DNA from: an uncultured virus (IMG/VR IMGVR_UViG_3300042564_005422)
Taxonomy: Duplodnaviria > Heunggongvirae > Uroviricota > Caudoviricetes
Strand: one strand, 5' to 3'
Virus record (IMG/VR): IMGVR_UViG_3300042564_005422
Length of the DNA stretch: 64,000 nt
Part shown: positions 38,562 to 47,906 of the stretch, in pieces
How the letters are laid out: each line of letters opens with the position of its first letter
Position numbering within the stretch: position 1 is the first letter of the stretch
The notes under the pieces: generated by a model
Told to the model about the DNA's origin: nothing
The model's input: only the letters and a program-made list of their open reading frames with translations
The model's database searches: none
Position numbers and translations under genes: made by a program

Positions 38562-40355
38562 TTATCTTAACTCTCTCAAGTCAAATGTACGTACACCGTC
38601 AACTGTGATACGTCCGTAGAAACGGTTGTTAACCATCTTCTTAGCGTAACGTGTCATGATACCTTTGATAGGTGTGAAGTTGAATGGATTGTACATAGTT
38701 GGAGTTAATTGTAGAGGTACATATGGTGCGTAAACGTAACCAGTGTCAAGTAATGAAGTACCCTTGTGTCCAATCAAAACTTGGTTTGGCGGGAAGTAAG
38801 GGTCACGGTATACTTGGTAACGACCAGCTAAAGTACCAACTCTCTCAATACCCATGTTGTATTGGTCTTGCTCAGGAGAAGCGTTAGATACGTGGAAGTA
38901 TTCTAAGTCATCGAAGATTGCAGAAACCTCAGAAGATACAACAATCCAGTTAGCTCCACCACGAAGTGTTGACTTGTGGATTTGTGCTGACAATTGGTTG
39001 ATTGCAGTAATCAATGTTTGGTTCCAGTCTTTTTGAGTGTACTGAGTTAATGGGTTAGCTGCAGTTCCTCTCTTCCATCCGTTGTAATCCCAACGTAATT
39101 GCCAAGCTGCACCTTTACGTAAGTCACGTAAGATTTCACGGTCGATTTCAGCCGCAACTTGTTCAGATAATAAAGCTGTTAATTCAGCCTCAGCATCGAT
39201 GTTGTGGAATGCCGCAACGTCTTGAGCCAATTCAGGAGACCACTGAGCTCTTAACTTTCTTTCAGTTACAGTAACAGTTACTGAATCTAATTCAAAAGAA
39301 ACTTCACCGATAGCGTCTTCAAACTCAAGTTCTTCATAGATTTTATAAACCGCAATGATAGAACCAGTGGCTGTGTCAGCTGCGAATGTAGAACCTGAAT
39401 AACCATCTAAACTGTTATCAGTTACAGAACAAGGTACACTTAAATCAACTTCTAAGTAGATAACACCAGATGCACTACAAATGTTATTGTAGTAACCACC
39501 GTTACCTTGAGTTGGCCAAGCAGCTTGTGATTGTGAACCGTAGTTAACAATACCTTGACCGTATACTTGAGTAACAACTCTGAACAATAATGGGTTTTGT
39601 GTATTTGCTGAAGAAACTAAACGTAAACTTGCTAAGAAATCCTCAGTATCCATTTGGTTACCTTCAGGACCAACTAATCTACCTTCACCTGAAGTACTGA
39701 AACCAGATAAAGAAACGATTACTTTTCTGTAAGTAGTACTTGGATAACCTGATTGTACTAATCTTTGTCCTGTCCATACTTGAGTGAAAGTCGCCGCAGT
39801 AGTCGCTGACCAACGTCCTTTTGAGTAATCATACAATCCAGGTGGGTCTAAAGCCGCCTCATTACCTTCATAATACAAATCATAAAGATTCTTAGTGAAA
39901 GCTGCAGCATCATTATAACCTGCATTTGGGTCACCAGGATAGTTACCAGGTGCTCCTACAGGTGCTCTGTGAGCCCATGGAGATGTAGTATCATTAGTTA
40001 ACTGAGTTGTACCAGTGTAACCTTGGATTTTTGGTACAAAGAAGAACAATTTACCGATTGGTAAGTTCATCGCTTGTACAGAAACGATTTCATTCGCTAA
40101 TAATTTAGAGAATACACGTCTGATAATCGGGAAAACAACAGTTTCAAATGAACCTGAATTTCCGTCTGAAGTAGCTTCGTTGATTAAGTGAGAAGCTTGG
40201 TTCTCATATAATTGTGCTACGTTTTCTTTTAGGTGGCCACGAAGACCTTCAAGGAACCCTAATTTGTCCCATTTGTTAATAGTATCTTCTTTGATAACTT
40301 TAAGGTGCTTAAGACCGATGTTACCAACAAGACCTGATTCTAATAATGCTCCCAT
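38562..40355 (-). CDS. Major capsid protein, T4 gp23-like
   Basis: IRRVF..L.ANEIVSVQ.M..P.G, RKLRAQWSPELAQD..AFH.IDAEAEL...EIDREI, YAPYVPL and F.P.KG.MTRY. Confidence 0.95.
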   Translation of the reverse strand: MGALLESGLVGNIGLKHLKVIKEDTINKWDKLGFLEGLRGHLKENVAQLYENQASHLINEATSDGNSGSFETVVFPIIRRVFSKLLANEIVSVQAMNLPIGKLFFFVPKIQGYTGTTQLTNDTTSPWAHRAPVGAPGNYPGDPNAGYNDAAAFTKNLYDLYYEGNEAALDPPGLYDYSKGRWSATTAATFTQVWTGQRLVQSGYPSTTYRKVIVSLSGFSTSGEGRLVGPEGNQMDTEDFLASLRLVSSANTQNPLLFRVVTQVYGQGIVNYGSQSQAAWPTQGNGGYYNNICSASGVIYLEVDLSVPCSVTDNSLDGYSGSTFAADTATGSIIAVYKIYEELEFEDAIGEVSFELDSVTVTVTERKLRAQWSPELAQDVAAFHNIDAEAELTALLSEQVAAEIDREILRDLRKGAAWQLRWDYNGWKRGTAANPLTQYTQKDWNQTLITAINQLSAQIHKSTLRGGANWIVVSSEVSAIFDDLEYFHVSNASPEQDQYNMGIERVGTLAGRYQVYRDPYFPPNQVLIGHKGTSLLDTGYVYAPYVPLQLTPTMYNPFNFTPIKGIMTRYAKKMVNNRFYGRITVDGVRTFDLRELR

Positions 40356-40381
40356 TTTATTTTTGGATTTTTATTAATTGT

Positions 40382-41998
40382 TTATTTTATTATTTTTGTC
40401 ATTAAGTCCTTCATTCTCATAAACTGAGGATTTTCGTAAGTCTTAGATTCAATTAAGTTTTGAGCAGAACCTGTAATTACTGGTTCGTTGTCCATTACTT
40501 TTTCGATTGACTCAGTGATTTTTCCTTTAGTAGTTGATGAAAGTTCGTCCTTAATAGTTTTATATAGATTTTTAGATTCTTTAAGTGTTTCTACAGAATC
40601 AAATCTTCTTAAAACATTTATTTTTTCTTGCTTTGATGTTGTGTGTTCAGTAAATAATCTTGTAGTGTACGCTAAATTTGAATTGAATACAGCAACTTCG
40701 TTAAGTTTGTCTCTGAAAATATTCAAAGCTTTTCTGTACTCTTCATTTTTAGCTCTCAACATTTCTACTTCTTCCATCAAAGAATAGTGTTCTTCAATAT
40801 TAATATTGAATGCCGAATGAGCGGCTGGTTTCGGTAGACCACCTTTTCTAAATTTTGAACCTGAACCTAATGTACGAGAAGCTTCTTTAAATTCACCTTT
40901 CTTCATTTTTTTAGTTGATTCTTTGTATTCAAACTTTGGTTTACCTGTACCTTTTGTAGGATTAGCGGCTGTCATTTTTTCTTTAAAACCACCAGTAGTT
41001 TTCTTGTATGAAAATTTAGGTTTTCCGATTTTACCACCCTTACCAACTTTTGGTTTAGTAGTCTCATGCATCATTTCTTCTGTATATTCTTCAGATTGAT
41101 AATCCATTTCTTCTAAATCATCCATTGGAAATTCTTCGTATCCGTCTTCCATATCATCATCTTCATCTTCTTCATACTCAACATCCATGTCTCTTTCATA
41201 AAACATCCCACCAGGTCTTTCTTCTTTTGGAGGAGAAGGAAGTTCATCATCATCTTCACCATCTTCACCATCCATGTGAAGTTCGTAAATAGTTTCTTCT
41301 AATTCTTCTTCTTCATCGTCTCCAAACATTTTGTCAGCAATAACTGGTGCTGCGGCAATTGCCATATCAGCGGCCAAACCTTGCCATTGTTCTTCCATTT
41401 CACCTGTTTCGTCGTCCATAGAAATTTCATAGATAGTTTCTTCTAACTCTGACTCAAATTCTTCGTCGTCATTGTCATCGTCATCATCCTCACGAGATTC
41501 GTTCATTGGAATAAGGTACTCATCGTCACCGTCTTTCAAATGTGCATACTCCCCGTCTTTTTGGATTTCGACTTCATCTTCTGGTTTCATTTTTTTGAAA
41601 ACTGTTAATAACAAATCTTGAGTTTCATCAGAATCAGGCATTTGTGTAAAATCAATTACTTCATCATCCTGTCCCATTTCATCTTCAAAACCTTCTTCGT
41701 CAGACTCTTCTTCATCATCCATTTCAAACTCATCAAATTCTTCTTCAGAACCTTCTTCGTCTTCCATTTCAAATTCATCAGATTCTTCTTCTTCCGATTC
41801 ATCAGATTCTTCTTCAAAATCTTCAGTTTCCTCTTCTTCTTCAGCCTCTTTTAAAGACTCCTTTACAAGCTCGCTAATTTCTTGCTTCATTGTTGACTCA
41901 AGTATTTCTTTTGCGTTTTCATTGATAGCTTCTTCCAAATTTTTTAATTGGATTACCGCTTCTTCAACTAAGTTTTTATTTTCTGCCATTTTTTGCAT
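40382..41998 (-). CDS. Prohead core/scaffolding protein (highly acidic, coiled-coil)
   Basis: Sits between protease and capsid genes, with long Asp/Glu tracts and many [ILV]xE sites. Start moved to ATG 41998, just after TATTTAT. Confidence 0.75.
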   Translation of the reverse strand: MQKMAENKNLVEEAVIQLKNLEEAINENAKEILESTMKQEISELVKESLKEAEEEEETEDFEEESDESEEEESDEFEMEDEEGSEEEFDEFEMDDEEESDEEGFEDEMGQDDEVIDFTQMPDSDETQDLLLTVFKKMKPEDEVEIQKDGEYAHLKDGDDEYLIPMNESREDDDDDNDDEEFESELEETIYEISMDDETGEMEEQWQGLAADMAIAAAPVIADKMFGDDEEEELEETIYELHMDGEDGEDDDELPSPPKEERPGGMFYERDMDVEYEEDEDDDMEDGYEEFPMDDLEEMDYQSEEYTEEMMHETTKPKVGKGGKIGKPKFSYKKTTGGFKEKMTAANPTKGTGKPKFEYKESTKKMKKGEFKEASRTLGSGSKFRKGGLPKPAAHSAFNINIEEHYSLMEEVEMLRAKNEEYRKALNIFRDKLNEVAVFNSNLAYTTRLFTEHTTSKQEKINVLRRFDSVETLKESKNLYKTIKDELSSTTKGKITESIEKVMDNEPVITGSAQNLIESKTYENPQFMRMKDLMTKIIK

Positions 41999-42053
41999 TT
42001 TTTGATAAATATTCAGTACTTTAGAAAAATTCACCACATAATGTAAATAAAAT

Positions 42054-42080
42054 AAAAAAGGAGGGTAATCCCTCCTTTTT
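42054..42080 (-). terminator. Rho-independent terminator
   Basis: AAAAAAGGAGGG-TAAT-CCCTCCTTTTT. Confidence 0.8.
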
Positions 42081-42102
42081 CATAAACTTTAAAAATTAAT
42101 AC

Positions 42103-42318
42103 TTATTCGAAAATTTCATCAATCTTACTTTCAGCGACTGATGTAATTCTCCAATCATAAGAGAACGATTCATAGGCTTTAGTTACTTTAGCCTCAACAT
42201 CTGTGACGTTGTAACCTTTAACTAATTTCTCTTCTCTTACTTTTTTTATTTTACCTGAATTTTCATCGGGTAAATCGTACTGAATTTTTGCAACAAAATA
42301 TTTTTCGTCCATTTCCAT
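42103..42318 (-). CDS. Small DUF4494-like protein
   Basis: YF.AKIQY....GK.KKV.E..LV......EA.V pattern recalled from Bacteroidota DUF4494 proteins. Confidence 0.55.
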   Translation of the reverse strand: MEMDEKYFVAKIQYDLPDENSGKIKKVREEKLVKGYNVTDVEAKVTKAYESFSYDWRITSVAESKIDEIFE

Positions 42319-42324
42319 AATAAA

Positions 42325-43044
42325 TTATTTTGATAAATAATCGTTAAGTTTTTTCATTAAATCAAGTGATTTTGTTGTTGACCTTTCAGCTTTTTGTAAT
42401 TGTTCTTCTTGCAAATTTTCTTCGTACTTGTGTTTATCAGCCATATCTTGGAAAAGATATGCTCCTGGAGTAGATGGTGATGATACTAAGTCAAAACAAA
42501 TTAGTTCAAAATCTTCTTGTACTTCATTTTGTTCCCCCTTTTTAACTAACGAACCGACTCCTCTTGATGATATCCCTAATGTAACACCTTGTCTTAAAAG
42601 ATTTGCGGCTTGGTCTCCTTTTGTTGATACAATTCCTCTTTCGTGAAACCCAGGTGATGTTAAAAGTTTTAATTTACCAAGTAATATATGACCATCCCAC
42701 CACATTTCAGTGATTATGTGAGAAACTCTATCTAAATCAATTAATGATGATTCAGGATGGTTTAATTCCGAAAGAGCGGTTCCTTTTGATATATAATTTT
42801 TTTTATAATTTTCAACTTCTCTTTTTAATATTTTTTCAGGATAAATTCTACCATTTCTGTTTGGTGTATTATATTTTTGTAAAACAGCATAGAACTCAAA
42901 AGGTTTTGAATAGTCTAAAGCCGATTTACTTTCTTGTATTACCGCCAAGTTACGAGACTCTGTCGGTGAGATATATCCCGCATCCATTTCTATCAGTATT
43001 CCTTTACCTGAATCTTTTGGACCTAAAATTTTCAAATCTTGCAT
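42325..43044 (-). CDS. Prohead maturation protease, T4 gp21-like
   Basis: NRNGRIYP, ELNHP, VSH.I, GISSRGVGS and FDLVSSPSTPGA. Confidence 0.92.
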   Translation of the reverse strand: MQDLKILGPKDSGKGILIEMDAGYISPTESRNLAVIQESKSALDYSKPFEFYAVLQKYNTPNRNGRIYPEKILKREVENYKKNYISKGTALSELNHPESSLIDLDRVSHIITEMWWDGHILLGKLKLLTSPGFHERGIVSTKGDQAANLLRQGVTLGISSRGVGSLVKKGEQNEVQEDFELICFDLVSSPSTPGAYLFQDMADKHKYEENLQEEQLQKAERSTTKSLDLMKKLNDYLSK

Positions 43045-43052
43045 TGTGAATT

Positions 43053-43511
43053 TTATAAATAAATATTATTCACTTTTGTTTTGTTTGTTTTAGTTAAGTT
43101 AAAAACAAAATTTTTGTTGTTTTTAAAATTTTCTGAATCAATTAAATCAATAATTGTTTTAACAAAATCTTTAATTATTGGAGATTTGAAATCATTTATA
43201 TTTTTAATATAGAAAGTTATTTCTAAGTTCATAAAAGAACTTTTATTGACTGAAAGTCCACTACTTCTTAAATCCGTATCAACTATAAAATTAGTGTCAA
43301 TAAAATCAAAATTTAGTATTTCATAAATTGTGTGTCTAATTGACCTATTAAAATTCATGACAATTCTTTCCCAATTTTCCTCATCTTTCTTTGGTGTTAA
43401 CCATGATTGTATATTTATATAAAAAGATTTTAAATTTTTAGAATCTACTGTTCCATAATTTGCCTTGAATTTTTTGTACCCTTTGACAGATACCGATTTT
43501 CCCTTCTTCAT
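43053..43511 (-). CDS. Hypothetical protein
   Basis: 152-aa ORF divergent from bS21. Confidence 0.75.
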   Translation of the reverse strand: MKKGKSVSVKGYKKFKANYGTVDSKNLKSFYINIQSWLTPKKDEENWERIVMNFNRSIRHTIYEILNFDFIDTNFIVDTDLRSSGLSVNKSSFMNLEITFYIKNINDFKSPIIKDFVKTIIDLIDSENFKNNKNFVFNLTKTNKTKVNNIYL

Positions 43512-43537
43512 TTGTGTTCATAATTCATACGTTTATT

Positions 43538-43569
43538 TTTGGAAAATATAATAAACTTTAATATTTTTG
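43538..43569 (+). promoter_or_regulatory. Bacteroidota-type -33/-7 promoter for bS21
   Basis: TTTG-N20-TATTTTTG, 13 nt upstream of ATG 43583. Confidence 0.6.
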
Positions 43570-43582
43570 TCAAAAAGAAAAA

Positions 43583-43771
43583 ATGCTAATTGTAAAAGTA
43601 AAAAATCAAAACATTGAAAAGGCTTTGAAAGAACTTAAAAGTAAAGTTATCAAAGTTAAACAAGTTAAAGAATTAACTAAAAGAAAGTATTTTGCTAAGA
43701 AAAGTACAACTAAAAGAGAGGAAAAAAGAAAGGCTATTTACCTACAATCAAAATTAGAGAACCAAATGTGA
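43583..43771 (+). CDS. rpsU: Ribosomal protein bS21
   Basis: 62 aa and basic: V...NIEKALK.LK.K......EL..RKYF.K.S..KR...KAIY. Confidence 0.88.
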   Translation: MLIVKVKNQNIEKALKELKSKVIKVKQVKELTKRKYFAKKSTTKREEKRKAIYLQSKLENQM

Positions 43772-44470
43772 ATTTAGTTCTTTAATTTTAATTAATTCGT
43801 TAACTGAAAAAATTGTAGATGTGACTTTTTCTTTAGTCTCATTTATTTTTTTCTTAGTCTCTTCTTCTGTTTCTGACTCAATAAGGGAATTTAATTTAGA
43901 TATAACTTGTTCTTTTTCCTCATTAAATTTAATTTCTAAAACGTCTTCATTTTCTTTAAGTAATGAAATGACTTCTTTTTGAGTTGATTCGTCTAAGTTA
44001 GATAGATATTTTGAAGCTACTGAGTTTGCAATTTTCTTTAAAGATGATATAGGTAATTTAGGGGTAGTTTTTTTTGTTTGTTTTTCTTTCATTAGATTTT
44101 CAACAACAATTTTTCTACTTTCAATCCTTTCTTCAATTTTATTAATATTTGTGTTTAAAATTTTATCTATGTGAGAATATTCTGACTCAGATAATTCATT
44201 TTTTAACCATTTATTTAATTTTTCTAAATGGTTATTTGGAATAATAATGTCTTTAGTTTCTTTGATAACTTCATCAACAAGAATATTTGCACTATCTTTA
44301 TCTAAACCTAAATTTTCATTTAATTTATCATAAATGAAAAATAAAGTTTTAGTTTCTTCAGAATTCAAAACTAAATCTTTGAATTGTTTCATGTCTTTAG
44401 TTAAATTCTCACTAACAAATGAGTTAACTAATTTTTTTTCTATTGCTGTTTTATAAAGTCCAAATTTCAT
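43754..44470 (-). CDS. Hypothetical head-module protein
   Basis: 238-aa helical ORF downstream of the portal gene, with TATTTAT 4 nt upstream. Confidence 0.75.
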   Translation of the reverse strand: MKFGLYKTAIEKKLVNSFVSENLTKDMKQFKDLVLNSEETKTLFFIYDKLNENLGLDKDSANILVDEVIKETKDIIIPNNHLEKLNKWLKNELSESEYSHIDKILNTNINKIEERIESRKIVVENLMKEKQTKKTTPKLPISSLKKIANSVASKYLSNLDESTQKEVISLLKENEDVLEIKFNEEKEQVISKLNSLIESETEEETKKKINETKEKVTSTIFSVNELIKIKELNSHLVL

Positions 44471-44484
44471 AACTATAAATATTA

Positions 44485-46299
44485 TTACTTTAGTAATCTT
44501 TCTAAAGTGTCATTTATTTCTTTCATAGAATCTTTGTTTTTTTCAAAGTCCACAAACTCATCGTCCTCTCTGAGAACTTTTTCAAGAATTAAATCTTTAT
44601 TCTTAGGATTTAAATTTTCAGGTACCGTTGGGGGAGCTTCTCCTCCAGGTGGGGGTGGTGGAGGGGTTTCTCCTCCAATTGGACCACCTCCTCCTAAATC
44701 TGAAGGTGTACCACCCTCAGACGGTGCAGATGGAGCCCCGCCAGGTTCACCTTCTTTTTTACCGTATAGTTTATCTATATTATCAAATAAACCTGTTTTA
44801 ACTATGACTTCAGCAGTTTTCTTAAGCTCCTCACCAACTGCTTTTTCAATACGTTGTTGTTGAATATCGAGTTTAATTTCTTCATCAGAAAATCCAAGGA
44901 TATGTTTTTTAGCCCAAGACTGTGATACCGCAGCAATTCCTGAACCAGGGTCTGCAACCATATCTTTGTAAAGAAGTATTTTTTCTTTCCAAATGTCCAC
45001 CATTAACAAGTCGGCTTGTTTAGATGGGTTTGTTAATGATAATCTAAAATTAGATAATTCATCTTCAAATCCTAACATAAACAAGTGAATAATACCAATT
45101 TTGTTAAGTTCTTGCAACATACTCTTTTGAATTCTGTTGATTGTTCTTGCAAAACGAATATCTTGTAACGCTAAGTTTTTACCATCACCAACAACTTCCT
45201 CAAATCCTAAGAAAGCTTTAGGTACACGTAACGCAGTTAATAATTTCTTTTGGATATACTCAATGTCCGCAATTTCAGATAAGTTTTGAGCTCCAGGTAG
45301 TGTTTCAATTGGAGACGCTTGTGCAGGGTCACGTACAGGAATAAAATAATCTTGGTCAACCGCCATTTGATTAAATCTCATATCAACGTTACCTGTTTTA
45401 GAATCAACTACTTGGTCTCTTTTAAACTTATTTGCGACTCTTTGGATATATGGTTCAACGTCCTTATCATCCATGTTTCCAACAAATACTTTAAACACAC
45501 GTCTTTCAGGGGCTCTTGAAGTTCTATAGATTAACATAGCATCTTCAGATAATAACAATTGTTTCCATATACGACGAGCCTTTTCCAACATAGACGTACC
45601 ATAAGGTAATCTTCTGTCATCACCCAATAATCTAAAGTGAGCAATTTCCCAAGTATTAAATTCCATGTCTTTGTGTTTCCATGTGAATTTTAAATGTTTT
45701 TTAGTTGGGTCCTCGTCAATTGACTTACCTTTAGCCATCATACCTCTTTCTAATCTTTCGATTTCGATGATTGGTAATTGCATACAACCAATTACACCTT
45801 TTTCAGGGTCTAATTTGATATATACAAAGTTATCACCATACTTACATGTGTTTCTTGTCCACATTGGTAAGTTTGTATTGATGTCTAAAATATTATTAAA
45901 TAAATCGGCCAATATTGATTTTATTCTATTTGATTCAGAATAAATTTGTAACATAAAACCATCCTCATTTACAGTTGTTGACTCCTCAGCGTAGATATCT
46001 AACGCTGCCGATATTTCAGGAGTAAATTCCATAGACTCATAATCATAAAAAGCCGATAATCTTGTTGGCTCATAATATGTTGCTTGAGTATATAAATTAT
46101 TTTCAATTTTAGTCCATTGATTCGAAAGATAAAAAGTTTGTTGAGCTTGTAACAACTCTTTTTCATACTCTCTTTTTGAAGTTGTTTTTAGAAGTTCTTT
46201 TTTGTCAAATTTTAAACTAGGATAATCTTGATTCAATAAAGAATTTGGACCAAACGCCTGTGTCAATCTTTGCCAAACTGTAAAATTTTTTTCTGCCAT
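44485..46299 (-). CDS. Portal protein, T4 gp20-like
   Basis: PEISAALDI, EDAMLIYR.SRAPERRVF.V.VGN, DYFIP.R, IETLPG.QNL, L.VP and RF...I.R.Q. Confidence 0.95.
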   Translation of the reverse strand: MAEKNFTVWQRLTQAFGPNSLLNQDYPSLKFDKKELLKTTSKREYEKELLQAQQTFYLSNQWTKIENNLYTQATYYEPTRLSAFYDYESMEFTPEISAALDIYAEESTTVNEDGFMLQIYSESNRIKSILADLFNNILDINTNLPMWTRNTCKYGDNFVYIKLDPEKGVIGCMQLPIIEIERLERGMMAKGKSIDEDPTKKHLKFTWKHKDMEFNTWEIAHFRLLGDDRRLPYGTSMLEKARRIWKQLLLSEDAMLIYRTSRAPERRVFKVFVGNMDDKDVEPYIQRVANKFKRDQVVDSKTGNVDMRFNQMAVDQDYFIPVRDPAQASPIETLPGAQNLSEIADIEYIQKKLLTALRVPKAFLGFEEVVGDGKNLALQDIRFARTINRIQKSMLQELNKIGIIHLFMLGFEDELSNFRLSLTNPSKQADLLMVDIWKEKILLYKDMVADPGSGIAAVSQSWAKKHILGFSDEEIKLDIQQQRIEKAVGEELKKTAEVIVKTGLFDNIDKLYGKKEGEPGGAPSAPSEGGTPSDLGGGGPIGGETPPPPPPGGEAPPTVPENLNPKNKDLILEKVLREDDEFVDFEKNKDSMKEINDTLERLLK

Positions 46300-46334
46300 A
46301 CTTAAATATAAATACTTTCAAATTAAATTAAAGA

Positions 46335-47897
46335 TTAAGGGGTAATTGTAACTGTAACTCCTTTACCATTTAAACTCGTAACCGCTGCGTCAGAAGCTGA
46401 AGTTCTGGTACCTTTTAGGTTTATACTACTACCTCCAGCACACGCAGGATTTGTTCCCCAAGTAATTCCACCTCCAAACGAATCGATATCTATCAATAAA
46501 TTATTTACAATTGTGCTTGATAACCCTCCATTTCTATTAATTGTAAAGGTTTTAAGGTTAACAGAACCCCATGGATAGGTACTTGGGGTATATGAAATAC
46601 TTGAAGATGTACCACTATCGTTTTGTATAGTTATTGAACAAAATGGGAAACTTAAACCTGAATCAAATAAATTTGATATGTCTCCAGTTAAGTCTCCATT
46701 AACTCTCGCATAAAATGATGTTCCTGAAACAACAGGCATCGTGTCAATATCAAGACCAAATGTATGATTAGGTGCTGACAAAGTTATAAGATAAAACCCA
46801 GTTCGTTGTAAATCAGATAAATTACCTGTTAAATTTCCACCAGTGGAAGAATCTATAGTCAAATTGTTAATTAATATCGGGATATCGGATATATTTCCAA
46901 ATAATGTATTACTACCTGTAATATAAAGATTGGTTAATGATGAAGGTAGGTTAACAACATCCCCACCAATTGTATTATTTCCACGTATATTTATATTATC
47001 TAAAGATGGGAAATTAAATGAAGATGTATTTCCTGATACTGTATTAGAACCCCAAATAGCAATAGTACTTAGTGTTGATTGTAAAGTTGATATGTTACCA
47101 CTTACGGTATTTGTACCATAGATTCCAAGGAATGTTAAATTATTACCTGACAAAGCACTTATGTTACCACTAATTGTGGTATACCCTTGAGCCCCTAAAA
47201 TCAACTGTGTAATATTTTGCGGTATATCTGAAATTACACTTGCAGTATAATCATTTTTAATATTTAAATTAGTCAATAATGTTAATGGTGTAAAATCACT
47301 AAATTGTCCCGTTAATCTTCCACTAGATAATATTAACTGTGTAATATTTGTAAGATTAACAATTTCAGATGTACTAACATTTATCACTGTACTATTATCA
47401 GGTACACAATTATTAATATTTAATGAAGTGATATTACCAAAATAGTTTATAGTTATTACTCCTGTATATGGTGACGAATATGTATGATTAATTACATTTG
47501 TACCTAATGTTAATGAAGTTGTCGCCCCATCACCATAATCAATATACCCACCACTTGAGGATACTGAAAATGTCCCAGCAACAGTAGTTGTTGAATTACC
47601 ACTTAAAACAAATGTTTGTGGAGGGAGTGGGGGAGTACTTGAAGGTGTTGGCGTTAGAGTTGGAGTAACAGATGGGGTCATTGTGTTTGTTGGAGTAATA
47701 GTTGGTGTAGGAGTGTTTGTTGGGGTAAACGAAGGAGTTGGTGTTGGGGATGCGTTTATTGAATTCGCATATTGGTTTCTTTTGACTGCAAATTTATCGT
47801 TTTTTTGAACTTTATAAATATTTAAACCAACACCAGGTACAATCATTCTTGAACCTGTAAATTTATTTCCGTTATTTGGTAATTCTTCTACTCCCAT
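46335..47897 (-). CDS. Probable surface/adhesin virion protein: PT linker, PKD-like domain and LRR-like solenoid
   Basis: PTPTPSFTPTNTPT linker, IDYGDG...HTY, and repeated N-T-x-S-G-[ND]-I-x-x-L units of about 22 aa. Confidence 0.65.
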   Translation of the reverse strand: MGVEELPNNGNKFTGSRMIVPGVGLNIYKVQKNDKFAVKRNQYANSINASPTPTPSFTPTNTPTPTITPTNTMTPSVTPTLTPTPSSTPPLPPQTFVLSGNSTTTVAGTFSVSSSGGYIDYGDGATTSLTLGTNVINHTYSSPYTGVITINYFGNITSLNINNCVPDNSTVINVSTSEIVNLTNITQLILSSGRLTGQFSDFTPLTLLTNLNIKNDYTASVISDIPQNITQLILGAQGYTTISGNISALSGNNLTFLGIYGTNTVSGNISTLQSTLSTIAIWGSNTVSGNTSSFNFPSLDNINIRGNNTIGGDVVNLPSSLTNLYITGSNTLFGNISDIPILINNLTIDSSTGGNLTGNLSDLQRTGFYLITLSAPNHTFGLDIDTMPVVSGTSFYARVNGDLTGDISNLFDSGLSFPFCSITIQNDSGTSSSISYTPSTYPWGSVNLKTFTINRNGGLSSTIVNNLLIDIDSFGGGITWGTNPACAGGSSINLKGTRTSASDAAVTSLNGKGVTVTITP

Positions 47898-47906
47898 ATT
47901 GAATAA

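Noticed and set aside
46335..47897. Diversity-generating retroelement target
   Set aside because: No reverse transcriptase and no template/variable repeat pair are visible in the window.
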